From an uncultured Veillonellaceae bacterium (GTDB taxonomy: Bacteria > Bacillota > Negativicutes > JARBTT01), in the NCBI GenBank assembly GCA_963805085.1, contig CAWDTA010000002.1, forward strand, positions 32,001 to 96,000: 64,000 nucleotides of DNA. Direction: 5' to 3'. The position numbers and the translations under genes were made by a program. A model generated the notes under the pieces. It had not been told where the DNA came from, did not search any database, and was given only the letters and a program-made list of their open reading frames with translations. Shown here piece by piece: positions 39,923 to 49,786 of the stretch (position 1 is the stretch's first letter; each line of letters opens with the position of its first letter).

Positions 39923-40534
39923 GTTTTATTCTTTCCTCCGCCACGCTTAATTCACCTTGTTTTAGTAAATCAAGTATTTCTTTATTCATCGCTTTATTCC
40001 AAAAAGTCTCACGCTCTTGACTGGTCTTTAACTTCGTTTTTATGAAGGAGCGTACGTTTGCCACCAGTTCTAAATATAGTTCATATTCAGTTCCATAGGT
40101 GTCTGCAAGCTCTGCCCGAAGTTGCCGCGACAATGCTGGACTTTTCCACCTGTTGACACTGTAAACAATAAATCACCACGATTTACTTGTGCTGGCACAG
40201 TAAAATCACTGACAGATTCATTATCTACCACATTAACAAGTGAGCCATTTTCCTTTGCCTCTAAAGCGGCTCGTTGATTTACTTCACTATGATCAGTAGC
40301 ACAAATAACAAGAAAATAAGCGTTTAGATCGCCTCGGCTATAATCCATCGCACTATAAATAATATCAGAACGCTCAGCTAACTGAGCCAACTCCTCTATT
40401 AACACTGGACTAATTACCGTAACGATAGCCTTTGCTTTTAATAAAGCCTTGACTTTACGATACGCAACATGGCCTCCACCAATTACAGCACATGGCCTAC
40501 CCTCAATATTAAGATTCACCGGATAAACAGCCAA
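39891..40534 (-). pseudogene. sirC: Precorrin-2 dehydrogenase/sirohydrochlorin ferrochelatase (SirC/Met8/CysG-N), split by a 1-nt frameshift
   Basis: YPVNL, GGGHVA.RK, ATD, VNVVD, STGGK in one frame; SPALSRQLRAEL continues in the -1 frame at about 40142-40145. Confidence 0.8.
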
Positions 40535-40703
40535 TGCACTTTCACCTCGCCAAATTTAGCCTAGATACACCTTATAATATAATATATCTTTTTTTGATTA
40601 ATTTCCATCATATTTTTCTACAAAAATACAAATTAAATTCTAGACAATTTGCTAAATCGTAAAAAAATAAAAGGAGTTGCTTATTAACAACTCCACACAC
40701 AGC

Positions 40704-41372
40704 CTATTCTAAAGTCATAATTTTATTTTTAAGGGCATATAAAAGTGCTTGGGTTCTGTCATTAACATTTATTTTACGGAAAATATTCGTTAAATGATTC
40801 TTTACCGTTTTTTCACTGACAAACAACGCCTGCGCAATTTCTTGGTTACTGAATCCTTTTGCAATACAACGCAATACATCCATTTCACGGGCAGTCAATC
40901 TTTCACCGCGACGCTCTTTCCAAATTTCTTCGGCTCTCATGCCTACATCCTCACATTGCACTGCACCAAATAACTTTTCAGCAATTTCTGGATAAACAAA
41001 AGCATTGCCTTCATGCACCATATGAATCGCCTTAATGAGCATCTCTGGCTCTACATCCTTCAATAAATAACCCATTACTCCATTTTTAAGCACTTCAATC
41101 ACGTAATTATCATCATCATGAATTGTAAGCATGATAATTTTGGTTTGCGTTTTTGTCAATTGTAACTGTTTGGCCACCTCAATTCCATTCATAATTGGCA
41201 TGTTCAGATCCAACAGTAAAATATCCGGCTGAAACATCAACGTTTTTGCCAACGTTTCATGGCCATCGACCGCTTCAGCAACTACCTCTAAATCATCTTC
41301 TAAATCTAATACCATACGGATTCCTTGCCTTAATAGTAAGTGATCATCGGCAATTAAAATTTTGATTGACAT
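40704..41372 (-). CDS. NarL/DegU-like response regulator
   Basis: ADDH, PDILLLDL, LTIHD, GYLLK, LTAREMDVL...SNQEIA..LFVSEKTVKNH. Confidence 0.9.
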   Translation of the reverse strand: MSIKILIADDHLLLRQGIRMVLDLEDDLEVVAEAVDGHETLAKTLMFQPDILLLDLNMPIMNGIEVAKQLQLTKTQTKIIMLTIHDDDNYVIEVLKNGVMGYLLKDVEPEMLIKAIHMVHEGNAFVYPEIAEKLFGAVQCEDVGMRAEEIWKERRGERLTAREMDVLRCIAKGFSNQEIAQALFVSEKTVKNHLTNIFRKINVNDRTQALLYALKNKIMTLE

Positions 41373-41388
41373 GTTACTTCACTTCTTT

Positions 41389-42753
41389 CTACTTAACAAT
41401 ATTAGCTGTAAGAAAAATCATTACTTCTGTTTCATTTTTACTATTATCTATATTACTGAAGAGGCGACCCAAAATCGGTAAATCTCCTAGAAAAGGAATC
41501 TTATTTATCGTTTTACTTTCTTCACTACCAATCAATCCACCAATAACCATCGTTTCACCATCCTTTAAACGAACAACCGTATCCGCCGAACGTTTATTAA
41601 ATTTATAGGCTTTTAGATCAGCAACATAAGAAGGCGAGCTAACCTCGGTATGTACCGTAGCTGTTATATAGCCATCACGATTGATCCGCGGTGTATACTT
41701 TAAAATAATACCAGCTTCACGATATTGGATGGATGTCGTTGTCGTAGAATTCGTCGTTGCGACTGTTGGTACTGGCACCTCGCCACCAATATTGATCACC
41801 GCTTGTTTGCCATTGATCGCTAAAATATTCGGTTTCGCCAGAATATTCGCCTTTCCATCACTGACAAGCGCATTCAATTTTGCTGCATAATACAGTTCAA
41901 AAGGATGTCCATTAGTTCCGTGCCCAAACTGAATAACGCCTGGTACACTTTCTGAGCCATCTTTCCAGACCCTCGTTACCTTGGTCGTCGGCACTGTCTG
42001 GGTCACATTTTCATAACGATTGGTTGCTGAATTCCATACAGTAGTCGTCGATGTCTCGGTGCTATTTTCATATTCTGGCGTCTGGGGCAATTTTGACCAT
42101 TCCCACTCCACCCCCAGTTTCTTGGCTGCATCTTTATTAATTGCCACAACCTTTGCTTCTAAAGAGACCTGCTGATAGGGAATATCAATGCTATCCAGCA
42201 TTCGGCGTATCTGACTCGCTTCAGCTTCCGTCCCATAAAACAAAAGGGAATTTGTTGCCATATCCACTGACAAACGGCTATGCTCAGAAGCCTTCTCCCC
42301 CGGCTTTTCGGTCTTTACGCATTTAGATAAACTGCCTAACGCGAGTTCTGCTGACTTTAAGACCTCCGCTGGCTCAATATAATTTAAAGAAAAAATATGA
42401 AGGGAGCCAAAATTTTGATTGATAACGTCCCGTCCCCCGACGATGATGACATTGCCAATACACTGATAATACAAGCCTTTGGTTTGTGTAATCAATTCTA
42501 AAGCCGTATCAAAATCAAGCGATTGCAGCTCTATGGTAATTTTACCTGTAATCGAATCATCGACAATGATGTTACGATTACCTAACTTAGCAAGTGAAGT
42601 GAGCACGTCGCGCACCTCAGCATTTACTACATTCAATGATAGCAGTTCGCATTCTTCAGCAAAACTGTACGATTGTCCTATAATATTAGCAAATACTACT
42701 ATCATTACCAATATAATCCATCGTATTGATTTTGACAAATGCAAATCAATCAC
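41389..42753 (-). CDS. Secretin (PilQ/GspD family)
   Basis: N0 domain (A.VRDVL..LA), IDIP..QV.LEAKVV, A.INIGGEVP, GIILK.TPRI, VRLKDGET.VIGGL, KIPFLGDLPILG.LF. Confidence 0.9.
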   Translation of the reverse strand: MIDLHLSKSIRWIILVMIVVFANIIGQSYSFAEECELLSLNVVNAEVRDVLTSLAKLGNRNIIVDDSITGKITIELQSLDFDTALELITQTKGLYYQCIGNVIIVGGRDVINQNFGSLHIFSLNYIEPAEVLKSAELALGSLSKCVKTEKPGEKASEHSRLSVDMATNSLLFYGTEAEASQIRRMLDSIDIPYQQVSLEAKVVAINKDAAKKLGVEWEWSKLPQTPEYENSTETSTTTVWNSATNRYENVTQTVPTTKVTRVWKDGSESVPGVIQFGHGTNGHPFELYYAAKLNALVSDGKANILAKPNILAINGKQAVINIGGEVPVPTVATTNSTTTTSIQYREAGIILKYTPRINRDGYITATVHTEVSSPSYVADLKAYKFNKRSADTVVRLKDGETMVIGGLIGSEESKTINKIPFLGDLPILGRLFSNIDNSKNETEVMIFLTANIVK

Positions 42754-42978
42754 CGTCCAACCGTTAACATTATAGCTCCGTTTGGTCCATTTACGATTAC
42801 ATTTTTTTCATCAATTCCTACAACTAATGATACCAGTTCAACTCCTTGAACAAAACAGTACGATTGTCCTAAAAAGTGATTGCCACTATACCTGCGAATC
42901 AATCATCGTCCAACCGTTAATGTTATTTCTCCGTTTGGTCCATTTACGATTACATTTTTTTCATTAATTTCTACGAGT
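42741..42978. repeat. Degenerate direct duplication (period 153 bp) of the gene-end/secretin-start junction
   Basis: 42741-42823 is similar to 42894-42976 (aatcaatca.cgtccaaccgttaa..ttat..ctccgtttggtccatttacgattacatttttttcat.aatt.ctac). Confidence 0.85.
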
Positions 42979-43427
42979 TGGTAAGGGCCAATGAAATCCT
43001 CTAGCAAACATTGTTTACTAACCTCACCATATTCTAAAATAGCAATAAATCGATTGCCACTACCAATGATGCCTGTCACGACTGGCAGTTTCGCCGTCTT
43101 TACTAACGGTGATATTTTTTGTTCTTTGGCTGGTGCTTTCGTTTCTTTCTCCATCGGCATTTCCTCTTTTTCACCGAAACTACGTGGAACCGCAAATGGA
43201 TCTTGCATAATGTTCTGTTCATTACGGTCGACTGTTTGTAACAGTGTACTTTGTACTTTATCTTTCTGTGTGGAAACTTCTATTTGTGCAGCAGCCTCTT
43301 GCTTTACATTGCGCGCCTGCATGAATAATACATAGAATCCCGTCATAATCACCAGAGAAAGTATGACCATCCTTCTATTTTTTGGAACAGCCCAAACATT
43401 TTCTAGTAATTTCAGCAATTCTTTCAT
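42903..43427 (-). CDS. Membrane-anchored hypothetical protein, PilP/GspC-like
   Basis: N-terminal TM, DPF motif, GII.SG....AI.E beta-rich C-terminus; immediately upstream of the secretin. Confidence 0.55.
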   Translation of the reverse strand: MKELLKLLENVWAVPKNRRMVILSLVIMTGFYVLFMQARNVKQEAAAQIEVSTQKDKVQSTLLQTVDRNEQNIMQDPFAVPRSFGEKEEMPMEKETKAPAKEQKISPLVKTAKLPVVTGIIGSGNRFIAILEYGEVSKQCLLEDFIGPYQLVEINEKNVIVNGPNGEITLTVGR

Positions 43428-43485
43428 GTTGTTACACACAGCTTCCATAAACTTATATAAAGATACAAATTCTACAAACAAAAGA

Positions 43486-43516
43486 AAAATCCTGTCGTAT
43501 TCCGACAGGATTTTTT
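43486..43516 (-). terminator. Terminator after pgi
   Basis: aaaaatcctgtcg-tattc-cgacaggattttt. Confidence 0.75.
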
Positions 43517-43550
43517 ACAATATTACCATTCATTTAAAATCATTGTATTT

Positions 43551-45029
43551 TTAGCCTAATTTACTTTTGATTTCTTGTAAACTAGGTCCCATAATACGTT
43601 TATAAGCTTCTACACCAGGTTGATCGAAAGCATCTACATTTGCTAAATCGCCTTCATACGCTACTGATAATGCCAACATATAGAGAAGTTCGCCTAAATG
43701 GTATGGCGTTAATTCTGGCAAAGTGTAGGTCGCATTGAAACGATTTTCTGAAGCAAGTGCACTCGCATTCGACTGTCTAGCAACTTCTAAGGCTTGGCTC
43801 ATTGGAATGCCAGAGATATCGGATAATTTTTTCACTGTTGGAAATGCATCATCGATAACAGGATCAACATTCCATTTGGCAATCTTGATAAATTGAACAA
43901 TTTTATCCAATGTACCCTCTTGGTGTTGTTGTGTCTGTGCATGCATATCTGTCGTACCTACCGCAACGATTGGCGTTCTACCATAGTTTACAACTTCGCC
44001 TTCTTTATTAAATTTTTTACCTAGTGATTCGGCAAGAAGCTGAATATACCATTCTGAGGTAGATTTTAAATAATCTGCATATGGCATCAAGACTTCACTG
44101 GTTCTACCATATTTCTTCGCCGCGATAAATTTCAAGCTAGCATTGAGCATCGCTGGGTTCTTCCAGATATCTTCACTCTGACAAACTTGATCCATTGCTT
44201 TCGCCCCAGCTAAAAAAGCCTCAATATCAAAGCCAATACAAGCAGCTGTCACTAAACCAACTTCACAGAATACTGTAAATCGTCCACCAACGCCATCGGG
44301 AACACTAAATGTAGGCCAACCTTCATCCGTTGCCAATTTTTTCAGCAATGTCTTATTCTCTTCATTAGGATCTGTTACAGCAACAACTTCGACTTCAATA
44401 TTAGGATATTTTTTCAATGCTTCATAAGCCACCATGAAGTTTGACATCGTATCAAGTGTGCCACCGGATTTAGAAATAACAACCATCATTAAGCGGTAAG
44501 GGCGCTTTTCGCCGTGCGCTTCATTTACTTTCGCATTCGCTACCATATGATTGATTAAATCTGTAGTCCGTCTAGGATCGATATTATTCCCACTAAAATA
44601 TACTTTCGGATAACCATTGCGTTCTTCTGTGGACATGCTGTTCCAGAACTCGCCACAATGCACGTCAAATAACACTTTATTACCTAAGTAAGAACCGCCA
44701 ATTCCAAAAGAAATCACTGCATCCACGCGGTTTTGTATCGACTTAGAAAATTCTTTTAAACGTGCAATGGAAGCCGGTGAATTTAAATTTCCTTCTTTTA
44801 TGTATGGTAATTGACTAAATAACACTTTTTCTGGTTCGCCGTCTTTCGATAAATGACCACGGATCACACCAGTTTCACGCATCACTTTCATTGCTTCATG
44901 CGCTTTTTTGATTGCTTCACTATATTCTTTCAGGTCAGCAGCTGTTACCTTACCGTCCCCAAAAAGATTTTCATAATCAAAACTAAATCCCGATTCTAAA
45001 ACACACTCTTTTTTTGTATTACAACTCAT
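43551..45029 (-). CDS. pgi: Glucose-6-phosphate isomerase
   Basis: GIGGSYLG, ISKSGGT, VGGRF, QLLAESLGK, FDQPGVEAYK. Confidence 0.93.
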   Translation of the reverse strand: MSCNTKKECVLESGFSFDYENLFGDGKVTAADLKEYSEAIKKAHEAMKVMRETGVIRGHLSKDGEPEKVLFSQLPYIKEGNLNSPASIARLKEFSKSIQNRVDAVISFGIGGSYLGNKVLFDVHCGEFWNSMSTEERNGYPKVYFSGNNIDPRRTTDLINHMVANAKVNEAHGEKRPYRLMMVVISKSGGTLDTMSNFMVAYEALKKYPNIEVEVVAVTDPNEENKTLLKKLATDEGWPTFSVPDGVGGRFTVFCEVGLVTAACIGFDIEAFLAGAKAMDQVCQSEDIWKNPAMLNASLKFIAAKKYGRTSEVLMPYADYLKSTSEWYIQLLAESLGKKFNKEGEVVNYGRTPIVAVGTTDMHAQTQQHQEGTLDKIVQFIKIAKWNVDPVIDDAFPTVKKLSDISGIPMSQALEVARQSNASALASENRFNATYTLPELTPYHLGELLYMLALSVAYEGDLANVDAFDQPGVEAYKRIMGPSLQEIKSKLG

Positions 45030-45130
45030 GTTTTTAGCACCTTCCTTTTCTTTAAAAGTATAATGAAAACTTATTTTATTATACTAGACTAGCTATATAA
45101 CTTCAAGTAAATACCAAAATCACATAGTAC

Positions 45131-45162
45131 AAGAGCTGTTGGTTGTATCCCAACAGCTCCTT
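45131..45162 (-). terminator. Terminator downstream of galU
   Basis: gagctgttgg-ttgtatc-ccaacagctc. Confidence 0.6.
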
Positions 45163-45186
45163 AAACAACTTATACTATAGAAATCA

Positions 45187-45371
45187 ATAGATGATTTGTA
45201 TAAGAAAAATTTTTCAACAAAGGCAATATAGACGAATCCTTATCAGCACTTAGCTTTGAAGGCTCATTGTTTGACCGCAGGGAGTTTGAGCATTCATTGC
45301 GGTCTTTGAATAAATGCTGACTTGGGATTCGTCTTTTGCCGACTTGCTATTTATCGTTACAACTCATCTAT
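45187..45371. repeat. Dispersed structured repeat family A, copy 2
   Basis: Terminal IR atagatgatttgta/tacaactcatctat; shares aagaaaaatttttcaac.aaggcaat.tagacgaatc and tagctttgaaggct...tgaccgcagggagtttgag with copy 1. Confidence 0.85.
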
Positions 45372-45396
45372 ATATAGTATTCACATATAACTAATT

Positions 45397-46272
45397 TTAC
45401 TTCAACAACGGCCCCACCGTCTTAGTTAAATACTCTAAAAACTTATCGCGTAGTTCCGGGCGCTTCAACGCATATTCTACCGTAGCTTCTAAATATCCTT
45501 GCTTGTCACCGATATCATAGCGTCTGCCAGAAAAACGATAGGCATAAACTTTTTGAATTGCTGCCAATTGACAAATCGCATCTGTAAGCTGAATTTCATT
45601 GCCACGACCTGGCTCTGTTTTTTCCAGCAGTTCAAAAATTTCTGGTTCTAGAATATACCGTCCAAGCACCGCCAACTGCGATGGCGCTTCTTCTGGCGAT
45701 GGCTTTTCAATCAAATCGAGCGCCTGCCAAACATTTTGTTTGATTGGTTTTGGATTCACGATCCCATAACTAGAAACTTTTTCTTTACTAACTTCCTGCA
45801 CGCCTAAAACAGAACCTTTATAATCTCGATAAACATCCATCAGTTGACGAAGGCAAGGTACCTTAGCATCAACGATATCATCACCAAGCATAACTGCAAA
45901 TGGCTCATTGCCAACAAATTGCTTCGCGCAAAGCACAGCATGTCCCAAGCCTTTTGCTTCTTTCTGACGAATGAAATGTACCGTTATGTTGGAAATCTCC
46001 TCCACCAAGCCCAGTAGTTCATATTTGCCTTGTTCTTTGAGTTGCAATTCTAATTCAACTGAGCGATCAAAATGATCCTCGATCGAACGTTTATTACGCC
46101 CAGTAATGATTAAAATTTCCTCAATGCCAGAAGCAATCGCCTCTTCGATAATATATTGAATTGCTGGTTTATCGACAATTGGTAACATTTCCTTTGGCTG
46201 TGCTTTTGTCGCTGGTAAAAAGCGTGTACCAAGCCCCGCTGCTGGAATAATTGCTTTACGAATTTTTTCCAT
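45397..46272 (-). CDS. galU: UTP-glucose-1-phosphate uridylyltransferase
   Basis: KAIIPAAGLGTRFLPATKAQPKEMLP, GLGHAV, VMLGDD, EIQLTDA. Confidence 0.95.
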   Translation of the reverse strand: MEKIRKAIIPAAGLGTRFLPATKAQPKEMLPIVDKPAIQYIIEEAIASGIEEILIITGRNKRSIEDHFDRSVELELQLKEQGKYELLGLVEEISNITVHFIRQKEAKGLGHAVLCAKQFVGNEPFAVMLGDDIVDAKVPCLRQLMDVYRDYKGSVLGVQEVSKEKVSSYGIVNPKPIKQNVWQALDLIEKPSPEEAPSQLAVLGRYILEPEIFELLEKTEPGRGNEIQLTDAICQLAAIQKVYAYRFSGRRYDIGDKQGYLEATVEYALKRPELRDKFLEYLTKTVGPLLK

Positions 46273-46294
46273 AATAGCTCCTTGTAACTTAAGA

Positions 46295-47650
46295 TTAAGC
46301 GTTGATTAACGCTAACAGTTCTTCAGTCTTTTCTTTTAATAGTTTTTCATCTTCACGAGTCTCTACGTTTAAACGAATTACTGGTTCCGTATTGGACATC
46401 CGTAAATTAAACCGCCAGTTTGAATATTCGATGCTGAGACCATCTACTTTCGTCACTTCACCATCTTTACCGTATAGTTGTTCGATTTTTTCAAGCACTG
46501 CTTTGGCATCTTTCACCGTACTATTAATCTCACCACTGATTGGAAAACGCGTCATACGTTCTGCCATTAAAGTCGAGAATGGTTTCCCCGCACGGCAAAT
46601 AAGTTCAAGAACTAAAAGCCAAGTCACCATACCGCTGTCGCAGAAAGAGAAGTCTTTAAAATAATGATGTGCTGACATTTCCCCGCCATACACCGCATCT
46701 TCCTTACGCATCCGCTCTTTAATAAACGCATGCCCACTCTTACACATGATTGGTCTGCCACCAGCTTCTTCTACCAATTCAATCGTATTCCAAATTAAAC
46801 GAGGATCATAAATGATACCTGCGCCTGGATTTTTTCTTAAAAAGGCTTGTGCGATAAATCCTACCATGTAATAGCCTTCGATAAAATCGCCTTTTTCATC
46901 AAACATGAAACAGCGGTCAAAATCACCATCCCAGGCAATCCCTACATCCGCTTTTTGCTCACGCACTACTTTTGCAGTTGCTTCACGATTTTCCGTCAAA
47001 ATTGGGTTTGGCACTCCATTTGGGAAGTTGCCATCTGGTTCATTATTTATTTTGATAAATTCAAATGGTAAATGCTTTTCAAGCTCGTCCAAAATAGGTC
47101 CTGCTGCACCATTCCCCGCATTAACAACAATCTTCAATGGTTTTAAGGCACTGATATCTACATACGTAAGTAAATGTTTAATATAGTCATCTAAAATATC
47201 GACACTTTCTACTGAACCCGCTTTGATTCCTACAATTGGTTCAAAGGTACCAGCCACCGCACGTTCTTCAATCTCTTTCAGACCTGTATCACTGCTAATC
47301 GGGCGAGAACCTTCACGTACAAGTTTCATCCCATTATATTCTTTTGGATTATGACTAGCTGTAATCATAATACCGCCATCTAAATTTAAGTGGGCTGTAG
47401 CAAAATAAATTTGTTCGGTTCCGCACACTCCTATATCAACAACATCACACCCCATGTCATTCAAGCCTAAAACAAGTGCATTCTGCACTGCTTGGCCCGA
47501 CAAACGGATATCATGCCCAACTGCTACTTTTTTAGCTTTAAACATTTCTACATAAGCACGACCGATACGATAGGCTAGCTCTTCATTAATCTCATCCGGA
47601 TATTTTCCCCGAATATCATAGGCTTTAAATGCGCTGCGTTTTAGCTCCAT
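46295..47650 (-). CDS. manB: Phosphomannomutase/phosphoglucomutase (CpsG/ManB type)
   Basis: FKAYDIRG, TASHNP, DGDFDR, GEMSAH, RMSNTEP. Confidence 0.9.
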   Translation of the reverse strand: MELKRSAFKAYDIRGKYPDEINEELAYRIGRAYVEMFKAKKVAVGHDIRLSGQAVQNALVLGLNDMGCDVVDIGVCGTEQIYFATAHLNLDGGIMITASHNPKEYNGMKLVREGSRPISSDTGLKEIEERAVAGTFEPIVGIKAGSVESVDILDDYIKHLLTYVDISALKPLKIVVNAGNGAAGPILDELEKHLPFEFIKINNEPDGNFPNGVPNPILTENREATAKVVREQKADVGIAWDGDFDRCFMFDEKGDFIEGYYMVGFIAQAFLRKNPGAGIIYDPRLIWNTIELVEEAGGRPIMCKSGHAFIKERMRKEDAVYGGEMSAHHYFKDFSFCDSGMVTWLLVLELICRAGKPFSTLMAERMTRFPISGEINSTVKDAKAVLEKIEQLYGKDGEVTKVDGLSIEYSNWRFNLRMSNTEPVIRLNVETREDEKLLKEKTEELLALINA

Positions 47651-48411
47651 ACAAATCATCTCCAAACTTATTATATTTTATGAATAGAAGTCGTCTTGAA
47701 AGAAGACTACCTTACCAAACTATGAAACCACTACTAAAGATATTACTGTTTTTGAGATATTTTATTCATATTATAACATTCGTTGTATTAATCTTAAACT
47801 CCTGTAATGGGGTTGTAAAATTTACTATTTTTTTATTTCAAGTACATTATTTTTGTAAACACTCAACCAAAGTCCGCCCACTACTGTGATAAAAATAAAC
47901 CTTCGCACCAACTGCCCCAGGACTAAGCGAACGATAGCAATACATAGATACACAAAAATCTGCCCAAAAATAATTACGATATGCATGCATAGTCGTAAGT
48001 TCATCCCCTATAGTCCACCATTTATCACTTTTTTCAATATGGATAGCACCCCCATATGGAAATAAACGCTCATAGCTATAGAGTATTAAGAGGATTAACT
48101 TAAAATACCTACAAAGCAAAGAAAAAACGACAGCCCCATCCCCTGTTAAATTCTTTGTTTCCCCCTATAGAATCCAATATCCCCTACACTATCCCCCTTA
48201 CCTGGAATCAAAGTTAGAGGAAATTTACAAATACATATGCATATAAGTAGCATTCAATAAAATAAGAAGCATTGGAAAAGATATTATAAAAAACATTATG
48301 AAAAACTGACAACAATATTAGGATTTTGAGGAAAATACTTGCAATTTTAATTATATTATAATATTCTATGAGAGTTAAATAAAATGCTAATTAAAATGGG
48401 AGAACACACAC

Positions 48412-49509
48412 ATGAATCGTACAATAAGTATTATTAAGGCTCTAGGCATTATCACGGTTGTTTATGGACATATAATAAGCAGAGGCAGTTATGCGGGAAT
48501 TTTTTATCTATATCATATGCCACTTTTTTTCTTTATTTCAGGTTATTTGTATAAAGACAAATATAGTACTCAGCTTTTAGTATTTGTGACTAAAAAATTA
48601 AAAGCATTATACCTACCGTATTTAATAATAAGTATTGTTTTTATATTACTAAGAAATTTCTTTATTAAAACTGGAATTTACAGCACCGACCCAACATTTC
48701 CAAACGCAATGCCATACTTTTCGACAGCTCAAGATATTCTTATAAGCATACAAAGTGCTATTAGTTTTACATACTCCGAACCGTTGATAGTAGCCTTATG
48801 GTTCCTTGTTTGTTTATTTAATGTTACAATACTTTTTGCAATAATTAGGTATGTTAGTTTGAAGCTAAACAAAACAAATAATTTGGAAACAACTTTTTTT
48901 ATAGTTATAGTCTGTTTCTTTGTTGGCTTTTATTTCGTCAGACTTAATTACACACTACCAATTCAGTTAGATAATGCATTAATTGCACTTTTCTTTTATT
49001 TTTTAGGTTATATTTATCGGCAACGTGAGGCTATGATAACTTTTCAATGGGCTTTTGCTATTTTAGGATTTTTTGTCCTTAAGCAACTTCATCAATATGG
49101 TTCAATAAATATGCAATTACACCAGTTCGTAGACCCCACTTTCTACGTTTTATGTGGCACGATAGGTATATATATTAATTTTTTACTTGGCAATAAAATA
49201 TCAAATTATAATAATAAGATTATCAAATTATTAGTGTTAATAGGAGAAAATACATTACCGATCTTAATGTTGCATCTCCTATCATTTAAGCTTCTTACTT
49301 GGGTTTTAATATTGTTAAAAATCAACAATATGCTTGATCTCGCTTATGTTTTTCCTGGATTGGTATTAAGAGTAAGCTCTGGAATGCATTTAGCATATAC
49401 ACTAATAGGAGTCGCTTTACCAATCCTATTTTGGTTATTACTAAAACGAGTTGCAAATTTTACTACGACTGCAACTTTAAAAATAAAAAATGAAATAACG
49501 AATAGATAA
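48412..49509 (+). CDS. Acyltransferase family 3 membrane protein
   Basis: KALGII.VV.GH, YHMPLFFFISGY, LWFL, GENTL.I..LH; AT-rich. Confidence 0.85.
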   Translation: MNRTISIIKALGIITVVYGHIISRGSYAGIFYLYHMPLFFFISGYLYKDKYSTQLLVFVTKKLKALYLPYLIISIVFILLRNFFIKTGIYSTDPTFPNAMPYFSTAQDILISIQSAISFTYSEPLIVALWFLVCLFNVTILFAIIRYVSLKLNKTNNLETTFFIVIVCFFVGFYFVRLNYTLPIQLDNALIALFFYFLGYIYRQREAMITFQWAFAILGFFVLKQLHQYGSINMQLHQFVDPTFYVLCGTIGIYINFLLGNKISNYNNKIIKLLVLIGENTLPILMLHLLSFKLLTWVLILLKINNMLDLAYVFPGLVLRVSSGMHLAYTLIGVALPILFWLLLKRVANFTTTATLKIKNEITNR

Positions 49510-49515
49510 TTATAA

Positions 49516-49547
49516 ATCCATCTGATTTTGCAAAAAATCAGATGGAT
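49516..49547. terminator. Hairpin after the acyltransferase gene
   Basis: atccatctgatttt-gc-aaaaatcagatggat. Confidence 0.55.
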
Positions 49548-49650
49548 CATTTGATATATGCGTTCTTCCCTCGAATCTTTATATTTCAAGTGCAGAGTCG
49601 CAAATTTCCGACTATTTGCCAAGCGTTTTTTTATATGACTAGCAAATATA

Positions 49651-49698
49651 AAAATAGAACGTTTACATCTACTTTTATCGATGTAAGCGTTCTATTTT
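49651..49698 (-). terminator. Terminator of the kdg operon
   Basis: aaaatagaacgtttacatc...gatgtaagcgttctatttt. Confidence 0.7.
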
Positions 49699-49786
49699 GC
49701 TTAACTTAATGACATTGCCTCTAGGGGTAGCATATCATATCGCTGGAGACAGCCCCATGTCTCTTAAGCTTAGGGGGTATTTTCTC

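Noticed and set aside
47847-48119. 90-aa minus-strand ORF
   Set aside because: No clear RBS and no recognisable motif; cannot be supported as a gene
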